From Squalus acanthias (lineage: Eukaryota), in NCBI GenBank assembly GCA_030390025.1, contig CM059432.1:94118001-94182000 (forward strand): a stretch of DNA of 64,000 bases, written 5' to 3'. Of the stretch, positions 38,001 to 47,374 are shown piece after piece. The notes beneath the pieces were generated by a model. It saw nothing but the letters and a program-made list of their open reading frames with translations, did no database searches and had not been told where the DNA came from. The position numbers were made by a program, and so were the translations under genes. The first letter of the stretch is position 1, and each line of letters begins with the position of its first letter.

Positions 38001-38766
38001 GTCCACCAGGTCCACTTGGCAGCAGGTCTTCTTCCAGCAGGCTGAAAATATCTGCCACGACCTGACGCGTTACCCTGAGCCTCATGTCCAGGAAGCTGAT
38101 CCTCTGCCGATATACCCAGTGCTGGGGGTATCGCCTCCTGCGAGGTGCACCCATGTGCTCATCCCTTCCTGTGGAGCGGCAGGTCGGTGAGGAGAAGGCT
38201 GCCGCTGGTGCTCATCTAAGGTCCAAGGTGAAACAGCATAAGCGGCACCCATGCTGATCTGATAGATGACAAATGTAAAGTGGAGATCAGAGGCACAATC
38301 CTCCAGTGTAGTGAGGGTGACCTCCAAAGTTGTACAAATCGCCAGCAAACTCCCAGATCAAGTGGTGTCAGCAAAAGCCTTTCCCTTCGGCATGGAAGCA
38401 GGTATGAGGTCTGAGTATTTATGGGATTTTTTGAGTGTCATTTGTTCAGCTCCCTCAATTGCCACTGTGCTCTCGCCTTGCTTTCACTGGCGAGGTTCAG
38501 CAAGCCCGGAAATCCTGTGGACACCCAGTAAAAGTTCAAACCGCAGGTGAAAAAGGCTCATAATAGCCTCTTAACTAGCTGTACATTGATTTAAATTGGT
38601 AACCCGCCTCTCCCGAGGGGGTGTCTCGCTCGCAGCCTAACGTGCTCGAGTTAAATGCAGAAGCCGGCGGGTTGAAGCCGGCTTCCCGACACGCTGTCAA
38701 TTTCAGTGCTTTTAACCAGCCACCCGGTCCCAAACCCACTCACTCTTTAATGTTAAAATTCAGACC
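35036..38766. mobile_element. PIF/Harbinger DNA transposon, degenerate: HARBI1-like DDE transposase on - (about 37350-38251) and convergent Myb/SANT gene on + (about 35365-37330)
   Basis: [32 protein letters not shown] and IEKAIGMLKMRFRCL motifs; Myb-like AWLEIA...QCRKHFNDL; imperfect TIRs GGCCGGAATTTT/GGTCTGAATTTT flanked by ATT on both sides. Confidence 0.85.
35384..36208. mobile_element. Harbinger-type MITE nested in the Myb gene of the Harbinger
   Basis: TIRs GGGCTGGATTTTGTC and reverse complement GGGGGCGATTTTGCC; 3-bp TSD AAG at 35381-35383 and 36209-36211. Confidence 0.7.
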
Positions 38767-39412
38767 ATTATTCCAAATGTGGCCTAAGCATCATTTTGTA
38801 CAGAGCATGAAAACTTTTTTGATTTTTGTATTCAATCTTGATCTAAACCTCCAATCTCCCATTTACCACCTTTTTAAAATATCTGCACATTCTCCTAGCC
38901 TATTTATTTCCTACTGTCATCTTCGGTCTTCCTAGTAATTTACTACTCCTTCCAGTTTAGTCTCCTATGTAAACTATGATATCTACTTCTTTGAATCAAA
39001 ATTTTGCATATTGAACTTGGTATGTGAGGAACCTATTTCACTGAGAACTTTCATCATAACTTTTCCCTGTTGACATCTGTAGGTGGGTGTAACATCTTGC
39101 TTGTCATACACTCAACTAGCCTGACATTCCACACATCAGGAATAATTGTGTTGGTAGGGTTGTAAATAGTACTTCTTTCTCTATAAAATGAAAAGCTATG
39201 GTAAAACAGTGAAACAATAGTTAATTGTCTGCATCTGCAGACACGGACCTTTGGAACAGTCTCCAAACTCTAATTCATTGAGCTCTCTTAGCTTTTAGCG
39301 GTTTGACAAGCTGCTGCTGGGTGCAGCTGTCTCGTATGCTGAGTTACTCATCCAGCTCCAGCAAATGCCTTTCTAGCAACCAAAATACTGCTCTCTATTT
39401 GCCTTTTGACAG

Positions 39413-39525
39413 AATCTGTTGAGGTATTGTTTCGAGAATTGGGTGTGAATATTGAAGACAGCAACGAGTTCAAGCCCCATGCAACCTTTCTGAAGCTCTC
39501 CAAAGCACCTATGCTTCGCCGCAAG
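39413..39525 (+). CDS. AKAP7-like: AKAP7-like exon, 113 nt (ESVEVLFRELGVNIEDSNEFKPHATFLKLSKAPMLRRK) with the second HxT motif
   Basis: Acceptor gccttttgacag and donor AAG|gtaatc; FKPHATFLKLSK matches AKAP7 FKPHLTFMKLSK. Confidence 0.94.
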
Positions 39526-39797
39526 GTAATCGTTTTTGGTTTCCTGCACTAATTTACCTATATGTAATTTTACAGACTTCTGACACAAGACTTTCTTTGT
39601 TCGATACAAACCCTAACCCACAAGTTGTACTAGCTTGCTCAGCCCTCTGGTGAAATTAGATAGTAACCGGCCACTGGGTCTTGGCATTAGCTAATGTGAG
39701 TAAGCCAAATAATTAAAGAACGTCTAAGATTTGTGTGTCCTTTATAAAAAAAAAAAAAATTCAATTTAACATCTACTTCCTGCAATAGAGAAACCTG

Positions 39798-40058
39798 TGT
39801 GGTGGATCGCCACCTAAAACGGGCATAATCCACTCTTCCGTCTGTGGACAAATTTCCAGCCCCTCCCCTTTAAGGCACATTACCTTTAAGGCAGAAGGGG
39901 GCGGGGCCTCAGGTTTTACCCAGAGAATTCTGGGGGTTTTCCAGAGAATTCTGGGAGCAGCTCTCGCAGCCATTTTGATATAGCATGCAGTGAATAAAAG
40001 TTTCTTGTTTTCCACACATGGATTCAGCCTCCATTCGTGTTTCGCGGCAGCCTCAACA
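39798..40058 (+). repeat. Gypsy 5' LTR
   Basis: Direct repeat of 43725-43985 with 2 differences seen by eye; AATAAA at about 39993. Confidence 0.95.
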
Positions 40059-40059
40059 T

Positions 40060-40073
40060 TGGTGACCCCGACG
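40060..40073 (+). other. Primer binding site, tRNA-Trp
   Basis: TGGTGACCCCGACG is complementary to the vertebrate tRNA-Trp 3' end ...CGUCGGGGUCACCA. Confidence 0.85.
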
Positions 40074-40098
40074 CTCAGAACGTATTCCGAGCACTGCA

Positions 40099-40790
40099 AT
40101 GGCGGACACGAACGCAGTTTCCGTGAAACTGCCGGAGTTTTGGGAAAACCAGCCCGAAGCCTGGTTTCTCCAAGCTGAATCTCGCTTCCGGCTGCGAAAT
40201 ATCACCACAGATGGGACGAAGTACGACTATCTCGTCACATCACTCAGTAACTCCACAGTTTCCAAGGTTTGGACAACGCTGCAGAACCCACCAGAGGAAG
40301 GCAAGTACGTACATCTCAGAACAGCGCTCCTTAAAAAATTTACGGCCTCGGCATATCAGCGAAACTGCCACCTCCTCGACCTTCCAGGCCTCGGTGATGC
40401 CTCACCGTCAGACCTCCTCTCCCACATGCTCTCCCTCACCGACGAGAGCCCACCCGGATCCCTCTTCCGCACGCTGTTCATCCGCCAGCTACCTCTCAGC
40501 ATCCGCCCAGCGATCGTGGCGTCCGGCCTCACGAACCTGGAAGCCCTGGCCGATGAGGCCGACAAGCTACTGTCCGCTCACTCCAGCCGTGACGTCACTC
40601 CGGACCTGGCAGCCAATGCCTGGGCGCGCCCCTCACCATCCAGCACACGGCTACAAGGGCCTGTCACCAGGCCCACGGGGCCTTCACGCCCACTAACCCA
40701 GGCCACTGTTACTACCACACACGGTTCGGCGCCAGGGCACAACGGTGCACACCTCCCTGCTCTTTCAAGTCCGCCCCCGTTCCAGCCCCC
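40099..40790 (+). CDS. gag: Gypsy gag, frame-shifted before the CYYH..FG..A..C..PC zinc knuckle
   Basis: VKLPEFW...PEAWFLQAES.F N-terminal motif; the knuckle CYYHTRFGARAQRCTPPC at 40707 is in the pol frame. Confidence 0.85.
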
Positions 40791-40793
40791 GCG

Positions 40794-42640
40794 ATGGCCG
40801 TGGGCCACGCGGGCTCCCTGCTGTTCGTCACGGATGACAAAACCGGCCGCCGGTTCCTGTGCGACACTGGGGCTCAGCACAGCATCATCCCGGCCTCCGC
40901 CCTCGACATCCAAAAGGGCGAACGAGGACCGGTGCTGGCTGCTGCCAATGGCTCGGAAATCCGGACGTATGGCACCCGGACAGTCACCCTCGACCTCGCT
41001 GGTCACCGCTACCGATGGGAGTTCATCACTGCCAAGGTGCTCTCCCCCCTCATCGGCGCAGATTTCCTGTGCGCCCACGGCCTACTGGTAGACATCCCTC
41101 GTCACCGCCTCGTGGACATGAACACCATGTCCCCCATCCTGGGTGCCATGGCCCCCCGTCAACCCGCCGACATGGCGTCACAGTGCCACGCCCGGGTCAC
41201 GGATGACTACTCGGCACTCCTGGCCGAATTCCCGGCCCTTACCAATCCGACCTTCTCCGCGGAGGCCGCCAAACACGGGGTGGAACACTTCATCCCCACC
41301 ACAGGCCCCCCAGTGTACGCCCACGCCTGCAGGCTGGACCTGGCCAAACTGGAGATCGCGCGGACCGAGTTTGCCACCATGGAACAGCTCGGCATCATCC
41401 GCCGCTCCAACAGTCCCTGGGCCTCCTCACTCCACATCGCCCCCAAACCAGGCGGAGGTTGGCGCCCCTGCGGGGATTACCGCCGCCTCAATGACGCCAC
41501 CACCCCTGATCGGTACCCCGTGCCGCACATTCAGGACTTCTCGGCTAGACTGGCCGGCCGCTCAGTCTTTTCCAAGGTCGACCTGGTGCGCGGCTACCAC
41601 CAAGTCCCCGTCCACCCCGCGGACGTCCCCAAGACGGCCGTAATCACCCCCTTCGGCCTGTTCGAGTTCCTGCGGATGCCCTTCGGCCTCAAAAACGCAG
41701 CCCAGGCATTCCAACGGCTCATGGACTCGGTCCTTCAGGACCTGAAGTTCCTGTTCGTCTACCTGGACGACATCCTGGTAGCCAGTTCCTCCAAGCAGGA
41801 ACACCTCGAACACCTTCGCATCCTGTTCGGGCGCCTCAGTGACCACGGGCTCATCCTCAGCCCAGCCAAATGCCAGTTCGGCCTGGACAAGATCGACTTC
41901 CTCGGCCACCACATCACCCATTCTGGGGCCATTCCCCTGCCCACCAAGGTGCAGGCCGTCCAACAATTTCCCCGCTCCACCACCATCAAAGGCCTCCAGG
42001 AGTTCCTCGGGATGGTGAATTTCTATAACCGCTTCATCCCCAAAGCGGCATCCCTCCTGAGGCCCCTGTATGAAGCCCTCCGGGGCAGGAGCAGCAAGAT
42101 GGCGGTCGAATGGACGGCAGACGCGTCCGCCGCCTTCGATTCCACCAAGACAGCGCTCGCCAACGCCACCCTGCTCGCGCACCCACAGCCCAATGCCAGG
42201 GTAGCGCTCACCACGGACGCCTCCGACCACGCGGTCGGCGCCGTGTATGAGCAGTGGGTCGACGGCGCCTGGCAACCACTTGCCTTCTTCAGCCGCCAAC
42301 TACGCCCCCCGGAGGTCAAGTACAGCACCTTCGACCGCGAGCTCCTCGCGCTGTTCCTGGCGGTCCGCCATTTCCGGTTTTTGCTTGAGGGCCATCCCTT
42401 CACTGCGTTTGTCGACCACAAGCCCCTGACATTCGCAATGGCAAAGACAACCGACCCCTGGTCCGCCAGGCAGCAGCGCCAGCTTGCGGCAGTGTCCGAG
42501 TTCACCACGGACATCCAACACGTCTCCGGCCGAGACAATGTGGTAGCCGACTGCCTCTCCCGCCCCGCCATCCACGCCGCACACCTAGCAGTCGACTACG
42601 CTCAACTCGCAGCAGACCAGATCACCGACCCTGATCTGCT
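40794..42640 (+). CDS. pol: Gypsy pol: protease, reverse transcriptase, RNase H
   Basis: LCDTGA, DYRRLN, MPFGLKNA, YLDDIL, TDAS and YSTFDRELLA motifs. Confidence 0.95.
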
Positions 42641-42642
42641 CT

Positions 42643-43704
42643 CCGCACCTTCGCAAGGATGTGCGTACTTGGGCCAACTCCTGCCTAGCCTGCCAACGGG
42701 CCAAGGTACAGCAACACACAAAAGCACCCCTCGAGGAGTTTACCGTCCCCTCGCGGAGATTCGACCACATCCACGTGAACATCGTCGGGCCCCTGCTGCC
42801 GTCGCAAGGCCACACGCACTTGCTGACCATCGTTGACCGCACCACACGCTGGCCTGAGGCAATTCCACTGACCTCTACCACCACCGCCGACATCGCCCGA
42901 GCCTTCGTCAGCACCTGGGTCGCACGGTTCGGCGTCCCCTCCGACATGACGTCGGACAGAGGTCCGCAATTTACCTCTGAACTCTGGACAGCCGTCGCAC
43001 GCAATCTCGGGGTGACCATTCACCGCACCACAGCGTACCACCCCCAAGCCAACGGACTGTGTGAGCGGTTCCACAGATCCTTGAAGGCATCTCTTCGAGC
43101 CAGCCTCCAAGACGGCACCTGGACCGACCAACTTCCGTGGGTCCTCCTCGGCCTGCGCACCGCGGTTAAAGAAGACCTCCACGCATCGGCAGCAGAGCTC
43201 GTGTACGGTCAGCCGCTGCGCGTACCCGGCGAGTTCCTGCCCACCGCCACGACACCCTGGTCAGCCGACCAGCAACGCCACAACTTCGCCTCACCAGCGC
43301 TGCAGTTCGCCCCGGTGCCCATTGCCCGACACGGCGAATCCACCTCACACGTCCCACTAAGCCTGCACCAGGCACGGTTTGTTTTCGTCCGGCACGACGC
43401 CCACCGCGGACCCCTTCAACCCCCGTACGACGGGCCCTACAAGGTGCTGCAGGCTGGGGACAAATTTTTCACCCTGCAAGTGGGCGACAGGACCGAAAAA
43501 GTGTCGGTGGACCGACTCAAGCCAGCACACTCGGAGCCCGGGGAGCAGGTCCCTGTAGCTCGTCCACCTCCACGCGGCCGACCTGCCCTCAAGCCGGTTC
43601 ACCCGGCTGCTCCACGCCCGGCCGTTCCACGTCCACCGGCGTCCTACAAGAGCCGCTCCGGCCGGCCCATCAGACCGCCGCACCGTCTCATCCACACCTC
43701 CTGA
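42643..43704 (+). CDS. Gypsy integrase, N-terminally deleted and out of frame with RT/RH
   Basis: C..CQ, SDRGPQF, YHPQANGLCER and GPY motifs; the HH half of the HHCC finger is missing. Confidence 0.9.
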   Translation, partial: PHLRKDVRTWANSCLACQRAKVQQHTKAPLEEFTVPSRRFDHIHVNIVGPLLPSQGHTHLLTIVDRTTRWPEAIPLTSTTTADIARAFVSTWVARFGVPSDMTSDRGPQFTSELWTAVARNLGVTIHRTTAYHPQANGLCERFHRSLKASLRASLQDGTWTDQLPWVLLGLRTAVKEDLHASAAELVYGQPLRVPGEFLPTATTPWSADQQRHNFASPALQFAPVPIARHGESTSHVPLSLHQARFVFVRHDAHRGPLQPPYDGPYKVLQAGDKFFTLQVGDRTEKVSVDRLKPAHSEPGEQVPVARPPPRGRPALKPVHPAAPRPAVPRPPASYKSRSGRPIRPPHRLIHTS

Positions 43705-43724
43705 GCGGATTCTGGGGGGAGCTG

Positions 43725-43985
43725 TGTGGCGGATCGCCACCTAAAACGGGCATAATCCACTCTTCCGTCTGTGGACAAATTTCCAGCCCCTCCCCTTTAA
43801 GGCACATTACCTTTAAGGCAGAAGGGGGCGGGGCCTCAGGTTTTACCCAGAGAATTCTGGGGGTTTTCCAGAGAATTCTGGGAGCAGCTCTCGCAGCCAT
43901 TTTGATATAGCATGCAGTGAATAAAAGTTTCTTGTTTTCCACACATGGATTCAGCCTCCAGTCGTGTTTCGCGGCAGCCTCAACA
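43725..43985 (+). repeat. Gypsy 3' LTR
   Basis: Preceded by the polypurine tract ggggggag and followed by the CCTG TSD. Confidence 0.95.
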
Positions 43986-45397
43986 CCTGCTTTACTATCA
44001 AAAAAAACTCACTCACTCGTATGATAAATGTCCTTTATTTTGTAACTAATATTCTCATTCCACTCTGCACATAACCGTTCACGTGCAGTTAAAGAATGTG
44101 TGTGGGGTGAAGGGGAAGCTGCTTTCATGCAACATTTGGTGGTCTCTGTAGCATTAGACAATACCCTAGAAGCAAGTTGACCAACTACAGGCCAAAGATG
44201 CACTGATGAAACTTGTAGGTACTATTGGCAAAATGAAGACATTCATGCTATTTCACAACAAAAGCTAGATTGGACAGGATGGATGCAATGGAAGAGATTT
44301 TATTATAATTCCACCACTATACTTTTGGGGTCTCTGAATCAACATCAGTGTGACATTTTCCTTGAAGTAGATTTCTCCTGAAGCTGTGCTGATGCATTGT
44401 TTGATTTGAGATTATCTGCATTTAATCGATTGGAACCGGACAGAATCTTATTTTGCAATATAACAGTGCCATGATATTCTCAGAAGTGCAAAGATCTAGT
44501 TTTAGTGTCTCTGCCTTTTAACCCAGCAACTACAGACCAGTCAGTTTGACCTCGGTAGTGGGGAAACTTTTCGGAACAGTAATCAGGGACAAAATTAAGT
44601 TACTTGGACAAGTGTGGATTAATTAAGGAAAGCCAGCACGGATTTGTTGAAGGCAAATTGTGTTTAACTAACTTGATTGAGTTCTTTGACGAGGTAACAG
44701 AGAAGGTTGATGAGGGTAATGCAGTTGACGTAGTGTACATGGATTTCCAAAAGGCGTTCGACAAAGTGCCACATAATAGGCTTGCCAGCAAAGTTGAAGC
44801 CCATGGAATAAAAGGGACAGTGGCAGCATGGATACGAAATTGGCTAGGGAATAGGAAACAGAGAGTAGTGGTGAACGGTTTTTTGTACTGGAGGAAGGCA
44901 TACAGTGGTGTTCCCGAGGGGTCGGTTCGAGGACCGCTGCTTTTCTTGATATATATTAATGACTTGGACGTGGGTGTACAGGGCACAATTTCAAAATTTG
45001 CAGATGACACAAAACTTGGAAGTATAATGAACAGTGAGGAGGAGTGTGATGGACTTCAGGAAGACATAGACAGGCTGGTGAAATGGGCGGACACGTGGCA
45101 GATGAAATTTAATGCAGAAAAGTGTGAAGTGATGCATTTTGGTAGAAAGAATGAGAAGAGGACATATAAATTAAATGGTACAATCCTAAAGTGGGTGCAC
45201 GACAGAGAGACCTGGGGGTATGTGTGCACAAATAGTTGAAGGTGGCAGGGCAGGTTGAGAAAGCATTTAAAAAAGCTTACGGGATCCTGGACTTCATAAA
45301 TAGAGGTCATGATGTGGAGATGCCAGCGTTGGACTGGGGTGGACAAAAATGAGAAGTCGCACAACACCAGGTTATAGTCCAACAGATTTATTTAATT

Positions 45398-45436
45398 TTA
45401 CAAGCTTTCGGAGCGGTTCGCTCCTTCCTCAGGTAA
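45398..45436 (-). ncRNA. Minimal hammerhead ribozyme motif, mirror copy
   Basis: Reverse complement of 45650-45688. Confidence 0.78.
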
Positions 45437-45649
45437 GTTAGCAGTGAGAATCTCCCAGAATTCACAATTTAAACACAGACAAAATCTATTCAAATCTTTC
45501 CCTACATCAAAGACACACTAAGAGTACACACTGGGACACATCTCATTGTCTTGGCTGTACTCTTAGTGTGTCTTTGATGTAGGGAAAGATTTGAATAGAT
45601 TTTGTCTGTGTTTAAATTGTGAATTCTGGGAGATTCTCTCACTGCTAAC

Positions 45650-45688
45650 TTACCTGAGGAAGGAGCGAACCGCTCCGAAAGCTTGTAA
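45650..45688 (+). ncRNA. Minimal type I hammerhead ribozyme motif
   Basis: TTAC-CTGAGGA-A-GGAGCG-aac-CGCTCC-GAAAGCTT-GTAA: stem I UUAC/GUAA, perfect 6-bp stem II, palindromic stem III. Confidence 0.78.
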
Positions 45689-46619
45689 AATTAAATAAAT
45701 CTGTTGGACTATAACCTGGTGTTGTGCGACTTCTCATTCATAAATAGAGGTTTAGAGTACAAAAGTGTGGAAATTATGATGAACCTGTATAAAACACAGG
45801 TTCGGCCCCAACTGGAGTATTGTGTCCAATTCTGGGCACCACACTTTAGGAAGGATGTGAAGGCCTTGGAGAGGGTGCAGAAAAGATTTACGAGAACGAT
45901 TCCAAGAATGAGGGACTTCAGTTACGTTGATAGACTGGAGAAGCTGGGGTTGTTCTCCTTGGAGCAGAGAAGATTGAGAGGAGATTTGATAGAGGTGCTC
46001 AAAATCATGAGGGGTCTGGACAGAGTAGATAGAGAGAAACTGTTCCCATTGGCAGAAGGGTTGAGAACCAGAGGACACAGATGTAAGGTAATTGGCAAAA
46101 GAACCAAAGGCGACATGAGGAAAAACTTTTACGCAGCGAGTGGATAAGATATGGAATGCACTGCCTGAAAGGATGGTGGAGGCAGACTCAATCACGGCTT
46201 TCAAAATGAAGTTGGATAAGTATCTGAAGAAAAGAAATTTGCAGGGCGGGGGAGTGGGACTAGCTGAGGTGTTCTTGCAGAGAGCTGGTACGTACTCGAC
46301 TGGCCGAATGGCCGCCTTTCGTGCTGTAACCATTCTATGATTCTAACATTAAATTTTTACCTTGCTACACATCATCTGACTCAATTTAAAAGTTTAAACC
46401 TAATTATTATTTCCTGTGAAGTAGTTTTGAATACTTTTACAAATTGCAGCAAAACAAATTTGCAGTCCATTTTTTGAGAATTTTGACTTTTATGTTCTGT
46501 CATAGTTTATTTAAACACTACCATCTAGTGGTGATTCTGTAAACCACAATTAGGATATCTGTATTGGCCTTCCTGCTTCTAAATGCCCAGTCCTATACGT
46601 TTTTTGTAATTGAACCTCA

Positions 46620-46893
46620 GAACATGGAAGGTTCTCCACTAGAATGCCTTGGCTGCGGCTGATAATGCATCGTATAAAAGGTTGGTGGGGTATTGGGCAG
46701 TCAGAGAGGAATTTCCACCCCCCCGCTTTTTTAATTGGCCTAGGGCCTTATTTAATTTTTCCCAGGAAAGTATGTGGTTGCTGGTTGCTAGGGAGGGGGA
46801 TGGAGTGGTGTTGGAGATGCTCAATTGCGCCATGACTATGGGACAAGGTCGATGGATCAGCTGGTCTTTTCCTGTTCGTCATTTCTTATGTTC
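46620..46893 (+). repeat. Old SINE/CR1-derived repeat with a CR1-like tail
   Basis: Ends gatggatcagctggtcttttcctgttcgtcatttcttatgttc, resembling CR1 3' termini; family not identified. Confidence 0.45.
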
Positions 46894-47374
46894 GGTTATC
46901 CCCATTACCTTATTCCCTGCTACTTGCTACAGCAAATTTTGTAAAACTTCCCAGGGTCTTCCTGCAATCTTTATTTGGTTACAATATAAATCAAAAATGT
47001 ATGCATGTAATTTGGGCACACGTCCCAGAATATCTTGCCTACATTTGTGCGTCTCTGCAGAAATTGCTCTTACTTTTGGCATGCTAATGTATAACATTCA
47101 GTATTTCAGTGTTGCAGTGTTGGCAAATCTTTATAAATAGATTTTCAAATAAGTCTTTTGAAAACATTTGACCAGACAGATTTAAGTGGGACTGGAGCCT
47201 TTTTCTGCTGAAGTATGCAATTTTATTCAAAAACAATTTAATATCCATTGTGGTTAAATTTCAAGAGAAATCTCAACAACCAATTCAACTTATTATCCTG
47301 TACATTTTTAAAATAGAAGTTTCTCCAGCTCTACATAAATGCAATATCTTGTACAACGCTGAAAACTTAAACCA

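Larger units (their letters stand above)
39798..43985 (+). mobile_element. Ty3/Gypsy LTR retrotransposon, recent insertion, defective
   Basis: 261-bp TG...CA LTRs, 4-bp TSD CCTG, PBS, PPT, and gag-PR-RT-RH-IN domain order. Confidence 0.97.
45308..45736. mobile_element. Non-coding Penelope-type fold-back element: arms of about 180 bp, 27-nt loop, about 41-nt one-sided tail, 15-bp TSD
   Basis: Arms 45349-45528 and 45556-45737 are reverse complements (2-nt indel). TSD ttcataaatagaggt at 45293-45307 and 45737-45751. Penelope assignment inferred from the hammerhead and the architecture. Confidence 0.85.
44520..46345 (+). mobile_element. 5'-truncated CR1 interrupted by a fold-back element
   Basis: RT ORF 44604-45239; the CR1 sequence is continuous across 45307/45752; cattctatgattct tail. 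Confidence 0.92.

Noticed and set aside
40356..43375. Multiple long antisense ORFs inside the Gypsy element
   Set aside because: Expected shadows of GC-rich coding sequence with no recognisable domains.
8818..45751. Fold-back elements specifically targeting LINE ORF2 sequence
   Set aside because: All three sit in LINEs, but LINEs cover much of the window, n=3, and the TSDs share no clear consensus.
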